NCBI GenBank assembly: GCA_963845565.1 | Contig: CAWJSJ010000002.1 | Location: 1,536,001 to 1,600,000 of the forward strand | DNA: 64,000 bases | From: an uncultured Methylomirabilota bacterium | Lineage (GTDB): Bacteria; Methylomirabilota; Methylomirabilia; Methylomirabilales; 2-02-FULL-66-22 | Direction: 5' to 3' | Shown here: piece by piece, positions 19,169-28,819 of the stretch | Layout of the letters: every line of letters begins with the position of its first letter | How positions within the stretch are numbered: position 1 is the first letter of the stretch | The notes under the pieces: model-generated | Told to the model about the DNA's origin: nothing | Seen by the model: only the letters and a program-made list of their open reading frames with translations | Databases searched by the model: none | Program-made: the position numbers and the translations under genes

Positions 19169-20494
19169 ATGGATGTCTTGACGGTTGGCTGGATCATGAT
19201 CGGGCTCCTGCTGGTCTTTATGGCCGCCGGTGTGCCGGTTGGCGTGACCTTCATTACCGCGGGACTCATCTGTAGCTACGTGCTCATGGGGGTCAAGGGC
19301 TCGCTGTCCATGCTGGGACAGGTGTCCTATCACTCCGTGGCCACCCCGACCTGGGTCTGCATCCCGCTCTTCATCCTGATGGGGGGGTTCGCCTCCATCG
19401 GCGGCTTCGCCCAGCGGGCCTACTACAGCATCAGCGTGCTGGCGGCCCGTCTGCCGGGGTCGCTGGCCATCGCCACCTGCTATGCCTGCGCCGCCTTCGG
19501 GGCCATGTCCGGCTCCTCCATCGCGACCACGGCCATCTTCGGGCGGCTGTCGCTGCCCGAGATGCAGAAGTACGGCTACGACACGCGCCTCTCGGTGGGG
19601 TGTATCGCCTCGGCGGGGACCTTCGCCTCGATGATCCCGCCCAGCATGATGTTCATCATCTACGCCATGTTCACCCAGACCAGCGTGGCCAAGCTGTTCG
19701 CGGCGGGGGTGGTGCCCGGATTGATGACCGCCACGGTGTACGCCATCTACATCGCCATCCTGGCGAAGCGAAAGCCCCAGGTGGCGCCGATGCCCCCCAA
19801 GGAGATCATGGACCTACCGGTGAGCCAGAAGCTCCGGATCGCCACCCGGATCTGGCCCATCGCGGTGATCGCGGTCCTGATGATGGGGGGGATGTACACC
19901 GGGATCTTCACCGCCACCGAGGCGGCGGCAGTCGGGGCCTTGCTCTCCCTGGTGTTCGGCATCGGCCTGCGGGAGATCACCGGCATGGGGATGGTGGTGA
20001 AGGCCATGAAGGACTCGGCCAACACCACGGCCATGCTCTTCCTGATCAACATCGGCGCCCTCTACTACAGTCGGATCCTGGCGATGACCCGCGTGCCCAC
20101 CATGATCACCGAGGCGCTCAGGGACTGGCAGGTGTCCCCGTTCGTCGTGCTCCTCGGGGTCATCGTGGTCATGTACTTCCTGGGCATGATCATGGTGCCG
20201 GTGGGGATCTACGCCCTGACCTTGCCCATCGCCTTCCCGCTCCTCGTCAGCTTGGGCTACGACCCGATCTGGTTCGGCGTCATCGCCCTGAAGCTGACGG
20301 AGATCGGCTGTCTCACGCCGCCGGTCGGCCTCAACGCCTTCGCCATGAAGGGCGTGGTGGGAAAAGAGATCTCCCTGGAAACCATCTTCAGCGGCTGTAT
20401 GCCGTTCATCGCGTTGGAGAGCGTCTGCCTGACCATTCTGGTCATGTTCCCCGGTCTCTCGACCTGGCTGCCGAATCTGCTGTTCGGGCAGTGA
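19169..20494 (+). CDS. TRAP large permease (DctM)
   Basis: IPLFILMG, FGAMSGSS, MIPPS, TATEAAAVG, LTPPVGLN. Confidence 0.95.
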   Translation: MDVLTVGWIMIGLLLVFMAAGVPVGVTFITAGLICSYVLMGVKGSLSMLGQVSYHSVATPTWVCIPLFILMGGFASIGGFAQRAYYSISVLAARLPGSLAIATCYACAAFGAMSGSSIATTAIFGRLSLPEMQKYGYDTRLSVGCIASAGTFASMIPPSMMFIIYAMFTQTSVAKLFAAGVVPGLMTATVYAIYIAILAKRKPQVAPMPPKEIMDLPVSQKLRIATRIWPIAVIAVLMMGGMYTGIFTATEAAAVGALLSLVFGIGLREITGMGMVVKAMKDSANTTAMLFLINIGALYYSRILAMTRVPTMITEALRDWQVSPFVVLLGVIVVMYFLGMIMVPVGIYALTLPIAFPLLVSLGYDPIWFGVIALKLTEIGCLTPPVGLNAFAMKGVVGKEISLETIFSGCMPFIALESVCLTILVMFPGLSTWLPNLLFGQ

Positions 20495-20529
20495 GGCGTC
20501 GGGCCGAACGATCGTAAGGAGGAGCCGTC

Positions 20530-21894
20530 ATGCTGGACCTGTTAGTGAAGGGCGATGTGGTGCTCGGCCACGGCGTCGCACGGGACGGCGCTGTGGGGGT
20601 CGTTGATGGGAAGGTGGCAGGTCTATACGCCTCGCCGAGCGCGGCCCCGGCGGCTAAGGAGACCGTCGACGCGCAGGGATGTCTGATCTACCCCGGTATG
20701 GTGGACGTCCACGTCCACTGCCACAGCAACCAGGCCGAAACCATCGAACTGGCCACCCAGGCGGCGGCGGCCGGCGGCGTGACCACCATCCTGGACATGC
20801 CCTACGACATCGGCGCGCCGGTGAACACGGTGGAGATCTTTCGGGGCAAGGTGACGGAGATCCGCCGGGTCGCTCGGGTGGACGTGGCCATGCTGGCAAC
20901 GCTGCGAAAGCGCGCCGAGGCCGCGGAGGTGGAGCCGCTGGTGCGCGCGGGGGCCTGCGGCTTCAAGATGAGCGTCTACGAGACCGACCCCGACCGTTTT
21001 CCGCGCATCGACGACCACGTCCTCTGGCAGGTCCTGCCCGAGATCGCCCGCCATGGCGTGCCCGTCGGGTTCCACGGGGAGATCGACCTCATCATCGAGG
21101 ACCTGATCGCCCGGGCCAAGCAGGCCGGCCGGACGGATGCCATGGCCCACTACGAGACCCGGCCGCCCGCCAGCGAGACGCTCGCCATCCTGAAGCTCCT
21201 GGAGTTGGCCTACTGGACCAAGGTGAAGCTGCACATCTTCCACACCTCGCAGCCCCGCTCGGTGGAGATGGCCCAGTGGTTCAAGGCGCAGGGGGTGGAT
21301 GTCTCCGTCGAGACGTGTCCGCATTACCTCCTGCTGGACGCCGACCGAGACCTGCCGCGCGTCAAGGGCTTCGCCAAGATCAACCCCAGCATCCTCAAGC
21401 AGCGGGAGCGGGACGGGCTGTGGGAACATCTGCTGGCGGGGCGGGTGGACATCATCGCGTCCGACCACGCGCCGTGGCTGCCGGATCGAAAGACCAAGGC
21501 CAACATCTTCGAGAACGCCTCCGGGGCGCCGGGGCTGGAGACGAGCCTTCCCTTGATGCACGATGCCTTGGTGGTGAAGCGGAAGCAGGACCCGTCCCTC
21601 GTGGCCCGGCTCTTGTGCGGCAACCCGGCGAAGCGCTTCGGCCTGGGCGCCCGCAAGGGGCGGATCGCGCTGGGGGCCGATGCGGACTTTGCCATCCTGG
21701 ATCCCCGGCAGTCGTTCACCGTCGAGGCGAAGAAGAGCTACTCCTCGGCCAAGTGGTCCCCGTACGACGGCTGGATCGCACAGGGGCGGCTGGTCCGCAC
21801 CATTCTGCGCGGGCAAACGATCTATGACGGTGAGAAGGTCGTGGCGCCGGCAGGATGCGGCCAGTTCTTGCCGGGCCCGGGTCTTGCGGGTTAA
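20530..21894 (+). CDS. Cyclic amidohydrolase (allantoinase/dihydroorotase/hydantoinase family)
   Basis: DVHVH, AAAAGGVTT.LDMP, GFK (carbamylated Lys), HIFH, ETCPHYL, SDHAP, GADAD. Confidence 0.9.
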   Translation: MLDLLVKGDVVLGHGVARDGAVGVVDGKVAGLYASPSAAPAAKETVDAQGCLIYPGMVDVHVHCHSNQAETIELATQAAAAGGVTTILDMPYDIGAPVNTVEIFRGKVTEIRRVARVDVAMLATLRKRAEAAEVEPLVRAGACGFKMSVYETDPDRFPRIDDHVLWQVLPEIARHGVPVGFHGEIDLIIEDLIARAKQAGRTDAMAHYETRPPASETLAILKLLELAYWTKVKLHIFHTSQPRSVEMAQWFKAQGVDVSVETCPHYLLLDADRDLPRVKGFAKINPSILKQRERDGLWEHLLAGRVDIIASDHAPWLPDRKTKANIFENASGAPGLETSLPLMHDALVVKRKQDPSLVARLLCGNPAKRFGLGARKGRIALGADADFAILDPRQSFTVEAKKSYSSAKWSPYDGWIAQGRLVRTILRGQTIYDGEKVVAPAGCGQFLPGPGLAG

Positions 21895-21897
21895 GCC

Positions 21898-22068
21898 TGA
21901 GAGCAGGGGCGCAGGGGAGCAGAGGCGACAAGGAGATGGGGTGAGGTGGTGACAAAGTGCGGGGGAGAGCCGGGATTCGTGAAGCGGAGCCCCGTCTCCA
22001 CGTCTGACGACTCACGTTTCACGCCTCACGAACCTCGAACATCGAACCGACAACCGTGAACCTCGAAC
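21898..22068. repeat. Family C short tandem repeat cluster (8-mer GGAGCAGG-like, then 7-mer TCACGNN and TCGAACC-like)
   Basis: gagcaggggcgcaggggagcagagg ... tcacgtttcacgcctcacgaacctcgaacatcgaacc. Confidence 0.7.
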
Positions 22069-22092
22069 GGTCCTCTTGTGCGTGAGGAAACG

Positions 22093-23322
22093 ATGATTCC
22101 CAGGATCGACGGCGACCGCCTGTGGGCGGACCTGATGGCGCTCGGAGAGATCGGCTACGCAGAGGGGCGAGGCGTGACGCGCACCGCGCTCTCCGAGGCC
22201 GACCTGGCCGGAAAGGCCTGGCTGGTCCGCAAGTTCGAGGAGGCCGGCCTCACCGTCACCACCGACCCGGCGTACAACGTGATCGGACGTCTTCCCTGCG
22301 GTACGTCCGGCGCGGGGCTGGTGGCCGTGGGCTCGCACCTGGACACGGTGCCCCAGGGGGGGAAGTTCGATGGGATGCTGGGCGTCCTGGCTGGGCTGGA
22401 GTGCGTCCGGACGATTCGGGAGCACGGGATCGACCTCCCCTGGAACCTTGAGGTCATCAACTTCACCGACGAGGAGGCCGCGCACAATGCCGGCACGGTG
22501 GGCAGCCGGGCCATGCTGGGCCTCTTGGAGGGCGGGGAGCTGGAGAAGAGCGTGAAGGCGGGTCGGCCCTCGTTCGCCGAGGATTTGCGGAGAGCCGGCA
22601 AGGATCCTGCGCGGATCGGCGCGGCGCGGCGCGATCCCAGGGAGTTCGCCTCGTACCTGGAGCTCCACATCGAACAGGGGCGGCGCCTGGAGAGCGAAGG
22701 GGTCCAGATCGGGGCGGTGACGGCCATCGTGGGGATCTACCGGTACCTGGTGACCGTGGAGGGGGAGGCATCGCACGCCGGGACGACCCCCATGGCCCTC
22801 CGGGACGACGCCCTGGTCAAGGCTGCGCCGGTCTTCACGCTGCTCCCCGCGTGGGTGCGGGAGCGCAACCCCGAGATGGTCGGGACCATCGGCCAGGTGG
22901 AACTTCACCCGGGAGCCACCAATGTGGTCCCGGGCCGCTGCAAATTCGTGGTCGAAGTCCGCTCCCAGGAAAAGGCCGACATGATCCACATTCGCGAAGT
23001 CCTCAAGGGTTACGTCGCCGAACGCGGGGGCTGGCGGGTGGAGACGATTCTGGAGAAGGAGGGGACTCCGTGCGCCGAGCCTCTCATCCAGGCGGTGGAA
23101 ACTGCAGCAGCCGCGGAGGGGCTCTCCTGCATCCGGATGCCGAGTGGCGCCGGACACGACGCCCAGAGCTTCGCTGCCGCCGGCGTACCCACGGGGATGA
23201 TCTTCACCCCGTGCCGCCGCGGGATGAGCCACAGCCCCGAGGAGTGGATCGAGCCCGCACAGGCCGCGCAGGGCTGCCAGGTGCTCTTGCGAGCCTTGCT
23301 TAGCCAGGCGGGAGCCGCGTAG
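22093..23322 (+). CDS. M20 Zn-dependent hydrolase (N-carbamoyl-amino acid/allantoate amidohydrolase family)
   Basis: GSHLDTVPQGGKFDG, DEE, YLELHIEQG, HAGTTPM, SGAGHDA, SHSPEE. Confidence 0.93.
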   Translation: MIPRIDGDRLWADLMALGEIGYAEGRGVTRTALSEADLAGKAWLVRKFEEAGLTVTTDPAYNVIGRLPCGTSGAGLVAVGSHLDTVPQGGKFDGMLGVLAGLECVRTIREHGIDLPWNLEVINFTDEEAAHNAGTVGSRAMLGLLEGGELEKSVKAGRPSFAEDLRRAGKDPARIGAARRDPREFASYLELHIEQGRRLESEGVQIGAVTAIVGIYRYLVTVEGEASHAGTTPMALRDDALVKAAPVFTLLPAWVRERNPEMVGTIGQVELHPGATNVVPGRCKFVVEVRSQEKADMIHIREVLKGYVAERGGWRVETILEKEGTPCAEPLIQAVETAAAAEGLSCIRMPSGAGHDAQSFAAAGVPTGMIFTPCRRGMSHSPEEWIEPAQAAQGCQVLLRALLSQAGAA

Positions 23323-23469
23323 GCGGCCACTGAAAACGGGCCATCTGCGGAGACCCATCCTGCGGATTGGTACCCCGCCCGCTCGGACACTCGTTGCGGC
23401 GTACCGCCCAGTACGCCTCACTCGGCCCTGCGCTTGCCGCCTGGCATCTGGGCCGTTTTGAGCGGCCTC
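23323..23469 (+). mobile_element. Family B MITE-like foldback element, copy 1
   Basis: Starts right after the TAG stop; ends GCGGCCACTGAAAACGG...CCGTTTTGAGCGGCCTC; homologous to the other copies. Confidence 0.85.
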
Positions 23470-23487
23470 TAAGTGGGGAATGGGGAT

Positions 23488-24153
23488 ATGGACGCGATCG
23501 GGATCATCACACTGGGACAGACGCCGCGGCCGGACCTGGAAAAGGTCTTTCGGCGGCACCTGCCAGACACGAATTTCCTGATCCGGGGCGGGCTGGACGA
23601 CGTCCAGACGGCGGAGATTGACGCGCTGGCTGCCGCGGGCGGCGAGTACCCGCTGTTTGTCATCCTGCGGGACGGCACCGTCCGCGAGATCTCCCTCTAC
23701 AGGCTCAAGCCCTTCCTGGACCGGCGAGCCCGCGAGGTGGCGGCCGAGGGGGCCGCGGTCTCCGCCCTCATGTGCGCGGGCAACTTCCCGGACCTGGACA
23801 GCCCGGTCCCCATGATCTACCCGTCGCGCGTCCTCACGGCGGTGGCCCGGGGGATCTGCCGGGGGAATCGCATCGGCGTGGTCACGCCCAATGATGGGCA
23901 GGTGGCCGCGGCCACGGCCCACTGGCGCGAGAAAGGGTTCCATCCTGCGGTGACGGTGGCCTCCCCCCTCGACCCGGCGGCGCTGTCCCGGGCCGCCGAG
24001 GCCTTGGCCGATCCCGGCCTGGAGCTGATCGTCCTGGACTGCATGGGATTTTCGCCCGAGGCGGCCCGTCGGATGCGGACGCTGTGCGGCCGGCCCGTCC
24101 TCTGTCCCCAAGGGCTCGTTCCCCGGGTCATGGCCGAGATGCTGGGGGTATAA
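23488..24153 (+). CDS. AroM family protein
   Basis: ITLGQTPRPDL, GGLDD, LRDG, MCAGNFP, ASP, VLDCMGF. Confidence 0.88.
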   Translation: MDAIGIITLGQTPRPDLEKVFRRHLPDTNFLIRGGLDDVQTAEIDALAAAGGEYPLFVILRDGTVREISLYRLKPFLDRRAREVAAEGAAVSALMCAGNFPDLDSPVPMIYPSRVLTAVARGICRGNRIGVVTPNDGQVAAATAHWREKGFHPAVTVASPLDPAALSRAAEALADPGLELIVLDCMGFSPEAARRMRTLCGRPVLCPQGLVPRVMAEMLGV

Positions 24154-24155
24154 CC

Positions 24156-25718
24156 ATGGCGACCGAACAGGGTGCGGCGGGGCAACTCCTGCTCCGCGGG
24201 AAGTATCTTCTCACCGATGCGCGCCTCAAGACCCAGGGCCTCATCCCGGACGGCGGGATGTTGATTACGGGGGATCGCATTGCCGCCACGGGATCCTTTG
24301 CCGACCTCGCCAGGCAGCACCCACGGGCGCGGGTGGTCGGCGACGGGAGCCATCTCCTCCTGCCGGGCCTGGCGGACGCCCACTGCCACGGGCGCGGCCT
24401 CTCCCCCATCCAGAAGGGAGTCCCCACCGATTTCCTCGAGAACGCCCTGTTCGATTGGGCGGTGATGCCGCTCCTGCCGCCGGAGCTCACGGCGGCGCTG
24501 TGCGCGCTGCGGCACATTCGGAGCGGCTGCACGCTGCTGCACCACAACGGCTTCGACGACGACGGACCGGCCGCCGCGCGGCGGGCCGAGACGGCCATCC
24601 GCACCTACCTGTCCACGGGCATCCGTCTGGCGTTCTCGCCGGCGATCCGGGACGAGAGCCGGCTGGCCCTGGACGAGGAGGGATTTCTCGCCACACTGCC
24701 GCCCGACCTGCAGGCCTGGGCGGCCCCCATGGTCCGGTACGACAAGCGGCAGGCCGTGGAGGAGTACTTCGCCCTCTTCGACGACCTCTACGCGCGCTAC
24801 AACGGGCCGGATACACGGGTGCTGCTTGCGCCATCCTGGGCCCACGGCGCCACGGACGATTTCCTGCGCCGCGTGCGCGCCCGCTCCGACGCGCTCGGCG
24901 GCGTGCCCATCCACATGCATCTCTTGCAGACGCCGATCCAGAAGGCCTACGGCCTGCGACGGCGAGGCCGCTCCACCCTGGAGTGGCTGGACGGGCTGGG
25001 CCTGGTGGACCGGCAAGTGGTCTATGGCCATGCCATCCACGTCACCGCACGGGACATCGCGCTGATGGGGCGGCGAGGGACGTGCGTCACGAACCATCCG
25101 AGCTGCAACCTGCACATGCGCAACGGGATCGCGCCGGTGGTGCCGATGCGGGCGGCGGGGGTCACCGTCGCCATGGGCATGGACGACAAGACGATCAACG
25201 ACGATGAGGACGCGGTGATGGAGGTGCGCATGCTGCACAAGCTGCACCGCGTCCACACCTTCGAGCTGACCGCGCCCGCCCTCGACGCCTACGAGGCGAT
25301 CGAGATGGCCACGGTCAACGGTGCCAGGGCCTGCGGCTTCGCGGGGGAGACGGGTGCCCTCCTGCCGGGAATGAAGGCGGATGCGATCCTGGTGGACCTG
25401 GGGCGCGTGGAGCGGGACCCCTGGATTCACCCGGGGCTGGACCCGGTCGAGGGGTTCGTCCAGCGGGCGATGGGTGAGGACGTGCGGACGGTTGTCATCG
25501 GGGGCCGGGTCGTGATGGAGGACCGCCGCATCCTGTCCATTGATGTGGAGACGCTGCACCGCGATGTGCGGGAGGTCTGCAGCCGGCCGCTTCCCCCCGA
25601 GCAGGCGGCGCGGGCCGCGATGCTTCTCCGGATCAAGCCCTACATGCAGGCCTGGTACCGCACCTGGCACGAGGGGATGGTCGCGGCGCCGTACTACGCG
25701 GTGAACAGCCGGGAGTAA
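24156..25718 (+). CDS. Amidohydrolase superfamily protein (deaminase/chlorohydrolase subtype)
   Basis: PGLADAHCH, HMHLLQT, YGHAIH, PSCNL, MGMDD, MATVNGA, GMKADAIL. Confidence 0.88.
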   Translation: MATEQGAAGQLLLRGKYLLTDARLKTQGLIPDGGMLITGDRIAATGSFADLARQHPRARVVGDGSHLLLPGLADAHCHGRGLSPIQKGVPTDFLENALFDWAVMPLLPPELTAALCALRHIRSGCTLLHHNGFDDDGPAAARRAETAIRTYLSTGIRLAFSPAIRDESRLALDEEGFLATLPPDLQAWAAPMVRYDKRQAVEEYFALFDDLYARYNGPDTRVLLAPSWAHGATDDFLRRVRARSDALGGVPIHMHLLQTPIQKAYGLRRRGRSTLEWLDGLGLVDRQVVYGHAIHVTARDIALMGRRGTCVTNHPSCNLHMRNGIAPVVPMRAAGVTVAMGMDDKTINDDEDAVMEVRMLHKLHRVHTFELTAPALDAYEAIEMATVNGARACGFAGETGALLPGMKADAILVDLGRVERDPWIHPGLDPVEGFVQRAMGEDVRTVVIGGRVVMEDRRILSIDVETLHRDVREVCSRPLPPEQAARAAMLLRIKPYMQAWYRTWHEGMVAAPYYAVNSRE

Positions 25719-25731
25719 CGGGGGCAGCTGC

Positions 25732-26337
25732 ATGGAACTCCGCATCGCCGAACTGGAGCAAAAGACCCGCTACAAGCTGCTCATCGGCCTGGTCTACCCC
25801 AGGCCCATCGCCCTCGTCTCGACGGTCAATGCCAACGGGGTCCTGAACGCCGCGCCCTTCTCCTTCTTCAACGTGGTGGCGGACGAGCCGCCGCTGGTCC
25901 TGCTCAGCTTCAACCGGCGCAGCGACGGGACGATGAAGGATACGGTGAAGAATATCCGGCGGACCGGGGAGTTCGTGGTGAACCTGGTGGACGAGCCGAT
26001 CGCCAACGCGATGCTGCTGAGCGGACAGGAACTACCCGAGACGGAGAGCGAGTTCGCCGCGGCAGGATTCACTCCGGCCGCCTCGGCGGTGGTTGCACCG
26101 CCCCGGATCCGAGAGGCCCCCGCCAGCTTGGAATGCCGGGTGATGCAGCGGATCGAATACGGGGTGGGCCGGGAAATCCTCCTGGGGGAGGTGGTCCATG
26201 TGCACGTCCGGGACGGCCTCATCGACCCCGCGACCTGGCGCGTGAGCGACGCCTACCGACCGATCGGCCGCCTGTACGGAGACCGCTACTGCACGACCCG
26301 CCAGCGCTTCGACCTCCCCGGGCCGATTCCCGAGTAG
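25732..26337 (+). CDS. Flavin reductase-like FMN-binding protein
   Basis: PRPIALVST, NAAPFSFFN, KDTVKNI, GEFVVN, PIGRLYG. Confidence 0.92.
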   Translation: MELRIAELEQKTRYKLLIGLVYPRPIALVSTVNANGVLNAAPFSFFNVVADEPPLVLLSFNRRSDGTMKDTVKNIRRTGEFVVNLVDEPIANAMLLSGQELPETESEFAAAGFTPAASAVVAPPRIREAPASLECRVMQRIEYGVGREILLGEVVHVHVRDGLIDPATWRVSDAYRPIGRLYGDRYCTTRQRFDLPGPIPE

Positions 26338-26598
26338 GGGGCGGCGGGATCGAGCCGCACAACGGGCACAGTCGCACGGGCCCCGCGATCCGAACGGCTC
26401 GCCGACGCCGGGGCGCCGCCCCCCGCATTTTCCGGTTAAGTTCATCCCGATTTTGGCCGAAAGGACAGGTAGGGTCGGTGTGCACCGTGGCGGGCACAGT
26501 CTGACCGCACGCGGATCGGGGTGGCGCCCGGGGATGTCCTCCCCGGCCCTCCCGGCGGAGCGGTCATGAAGGACGCGATTCAGGAGGGCCGGCGGGGA

Positions 26599-27882
26599 AT
26601 GGCGACGGAGAGCAAGACCAGGCATCGGCTGCTCGCGGTGGACGACGACGAGACGATCCGCACGATGCTGAAGGACTTTTTCGAGGGCGCCGGCTACGCG
26701 GTGGACACGGCGCAGGATGCCGGCGAGGCGCTCCAGCGGCTGTCGCAGGACTACGACGTGATCCTGTCGGACGTCATGATGCCCAAGGTCAGCGGGATCG
26801 ATCTGCTCCAGCAGGTGCGCACCAAGAAGCCAAAGGCACTGGTTTTCCTGATCACCGCCTCCCCCTCGCTGGAGACCCTGAGCGCCGCCAAGCGGTACGG
26901 GGCCATGGCCTACTTCAAGAAGCCGTTGAAGCTGATGGAGATGGAGGCGCGTATCCGGGGTTTCCTCGAGGCGTCACCGGGGACCCTGGTGGACGGCCGC
27001 GTCCTGGTGGTGGGGCAGGAGCTACACAGCCGCTTCGCGGACCGCCTGGTTCGATTTCAGGCCTGCGCCTGCGGGTTGGAGGAGCCCGTATTCCTCGGCG
27101 CCGTCGACGAACAGCGCCCTAAGGCGATCCTGGCGGACGCGGGCGCACCCGCCACGCCGGGCCTGCTCCGGGCCTACCGCCGCCTTGGACGCGAGGCGAA
27201 CAGCTTCCTCCTGGTGAGCGACGAGGCGGCTCTGGATGCGGCCAACGAGCTGCTCTTTAGCCAGGGGGCGGCGGCATGCATCCCCGCTGCGGCCACACGC
27301 GAGGTGGTGGAGCGATGCATCAAGGATGCGGTGGACCTCCGGGAGCGACAGAAGCTCGACCAGCAGGGCAAAGTGGAAGAGGTCACCAACAAGTGCATGT
27401 TCGCCAAGGCGTACCGGAACGGGTATTACTGCCTGAAGCAGGGCGCCTGTCCGAACGGTGCCTTTCAGGCGGGCTGGATTTCCATCGAGGGGAAAGAGCA
27501 TTACAAGTGCGCGAAGCGGCCGCTCCTGGTGACCTCGCTGGACCAGGTGGGGTTCTCGACGTGGACCGGGAGGATCGACCCGACCCAGGCCCTGGAGCTT
27601 CGCAAGCAGCTTTTTGCGCTGGTGCGCGAGCGGAAGCTGGAGCTGATCGTCGACGCCCAGGGACTGGCGGCGGCCACCTACAACCTGTTCGAGGTGCTCT
27701 CGGATGTGTACTCGGAGCTGGTGAAGAGCTATCCCGAGGGAGTCGTCCACGTCATCAACCTGACCCCCGCCCTCCAGGAGGAGTTCCGCAAGGCGATGAT
27801 CAACAAAGGGGTCCGGTTCTACGGGGTGCGCATGGTGGACGAGGGAAGCACCTTCGAGCGGTGGGGGACGCGCTTCGACTGA
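26599..27882 (+). CDS. Response regulator with unusual C-terminal architecture (REC + pseudo-REC + Cys4 motif + STAS-like)
   Basis: Canonical REC (VDDD, SDVMMP, ITA, KKP); remainder assigned by pattern only; start could be 26566. Confidence 0.8.
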   Translation: MATESKTRHRLLAVDDDETIRTMLKDFFEGAGYAVDTAQDAGEALQRLSQDYDVILSDVMMPKVSGIDLLQQVRTKKPKALVFLITASPSLETLSAAKRYGAMAYFKKPLKLMEMEARIRGFLEASPGTLVDGRVLVVGQELHSRFADRLVRFQACACGLEEPVFLGAVDEQRPKAILADAGAPATPGLLRAYRRLGREANSFLLVSDEAALDAANELLFSQGAAACIPAAATREVVERCIKDAVDLRERQKLDQQGKVEEVTNKCMFAKAYRNGYYCLKQGACPNGAFQAGWISIEGKEHYKCAKRPLLVTSLDQVGFSTWTGRIDPTQALELRKQLFALVRERKLELIVDAQGLAAATYNLFEVLSDVYSELVKSYPEGVVHVINLTPALQEEFRKAMINKGVRFYGVRMVDEGSTFERWGTRFD

Positions 27883-27900
27883 CGCCAGTCTTCCCGCCAA

Positions 27901-28692
27901 TCAGATCATCGTGCGGTGGAGTCCCCCATCCGTCAGCACCAGGCTGCCCGTGATGTAGCTCGCCCGCTCGGACGCCAGGAACGCCACCGCATCGGCGACT
28001 TCCTCGGGCCGCCCCATGCGCTTCAGCGGAATCGCGCCGGTCGCCTCGCGCTCCGCCTCTGCGACCGAGACCCCCTTCGCGCGGGCGGCATCCTGGAGCA
28101 GCCGCGTCTGCCGCTCCGTCAGGATCGGTCCGGGGCAGACGGTCGTCACCAGGATGTTGTGAGGCGCCTCCGCATCGGCCAGGGCCTTCATCACGTTCAG
28201 GATACCGGCGTTATTCAAGCCCACGGGCATGGTGAGGGGGCTCGGCTGCAAGCCCGCCAGACCGGCGACGTTCACGATCCGCCCCCAGCCGTTCCGGCGC
28301 AGGTGGGGCAGGACCAGCCGGGCCATGCGGAGATAGCCGAAGAGTTTGAGCTTCAGGTTCTCCAGCCAGAGCTCCTCCGTCAAATCGTCAAAGGGGATCC
28401 CCCGCGCGGCGCCGGCGTTGTTCACCAGGATGTCAATCCTGCCCCACGCGGCCGCGGCGGCTTCCACCACGCGCTCGGCCGCGGCCGTGTCGGTCAGGTC
28501 CGCCTCGATGGCCAGGACGCGTCCGCTCCCCAGTGCCTCCAGCGTGCGCTGCGCCTCGGAAAGCGAGTCGCGGTTCCGCGCGCACAGCGCGACACTCGCC
28601 CCCTCGCGGCACAGCCGCTCCGCCACCGCGCGACCGATACCACGACTCCCGCCGGTGACGATCGCCACTCGCCCCGCTATCCCGAGATCCAT
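27901..28692 (-). CDS. SDR family oxidoreductase (atypical, lacks YxxxK)
   Basis: VTGGSRGIG, LVNNAG, GRPEEVA, ASYITG; PVGLNNAG in place of YxxxK. Confidence 0.92.
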   Translation of the reverse strand: MDLGIAGRVAIVTGGSRGIGRAVAERLCREGASVALCARNRDSLSEAQRTLEALGSGRVLAIEADLTDTAAAERVVEAAAAAWGRIDILVNNAGAARGIPFDDLTEELWLENLKLKLFGYLRMARLVLPHLRRNGWGRIVNVAGLAGLQPSPLTMPVGLNNAGILNVMKALADAEAPHNILVTTVCPGPILTERQTRLLQDAARAKGVSVAEAEREATGAIPLKRMGRPEEVADAVAFLASERASYITGSLVLTDGGLHRTMI

Positions 28693-28731
28693 GCATCCCT
28701 CCACTGAGGCATCGAGCCTCGAACCAAGGAC

Positions 28732-28797
28732 AATCAGTCGGTCAACCGGTCGGATTGTCGACTGGCCCGGCCCAATTGACCAATCGGCCCCTCGACG
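28732..28797. repeat. Family C degenerate inverted octamer array
   Basis: AGTCGGTC AACCGGTC GGATTGTC followed by GACTGGCC, GGCCCAAT, TGACCAAT. Confidence 0.5.
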
Positions 28798-28819
28798 GAA
28801 GTCGCTCCATCATGACGAA

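Noticed and set aside
27901..28692. SDR lacking YxxxK as a pseudogene or novelty
   Set aside because: ORF is intact and atypical SDR subgroups lacking this motif are well known
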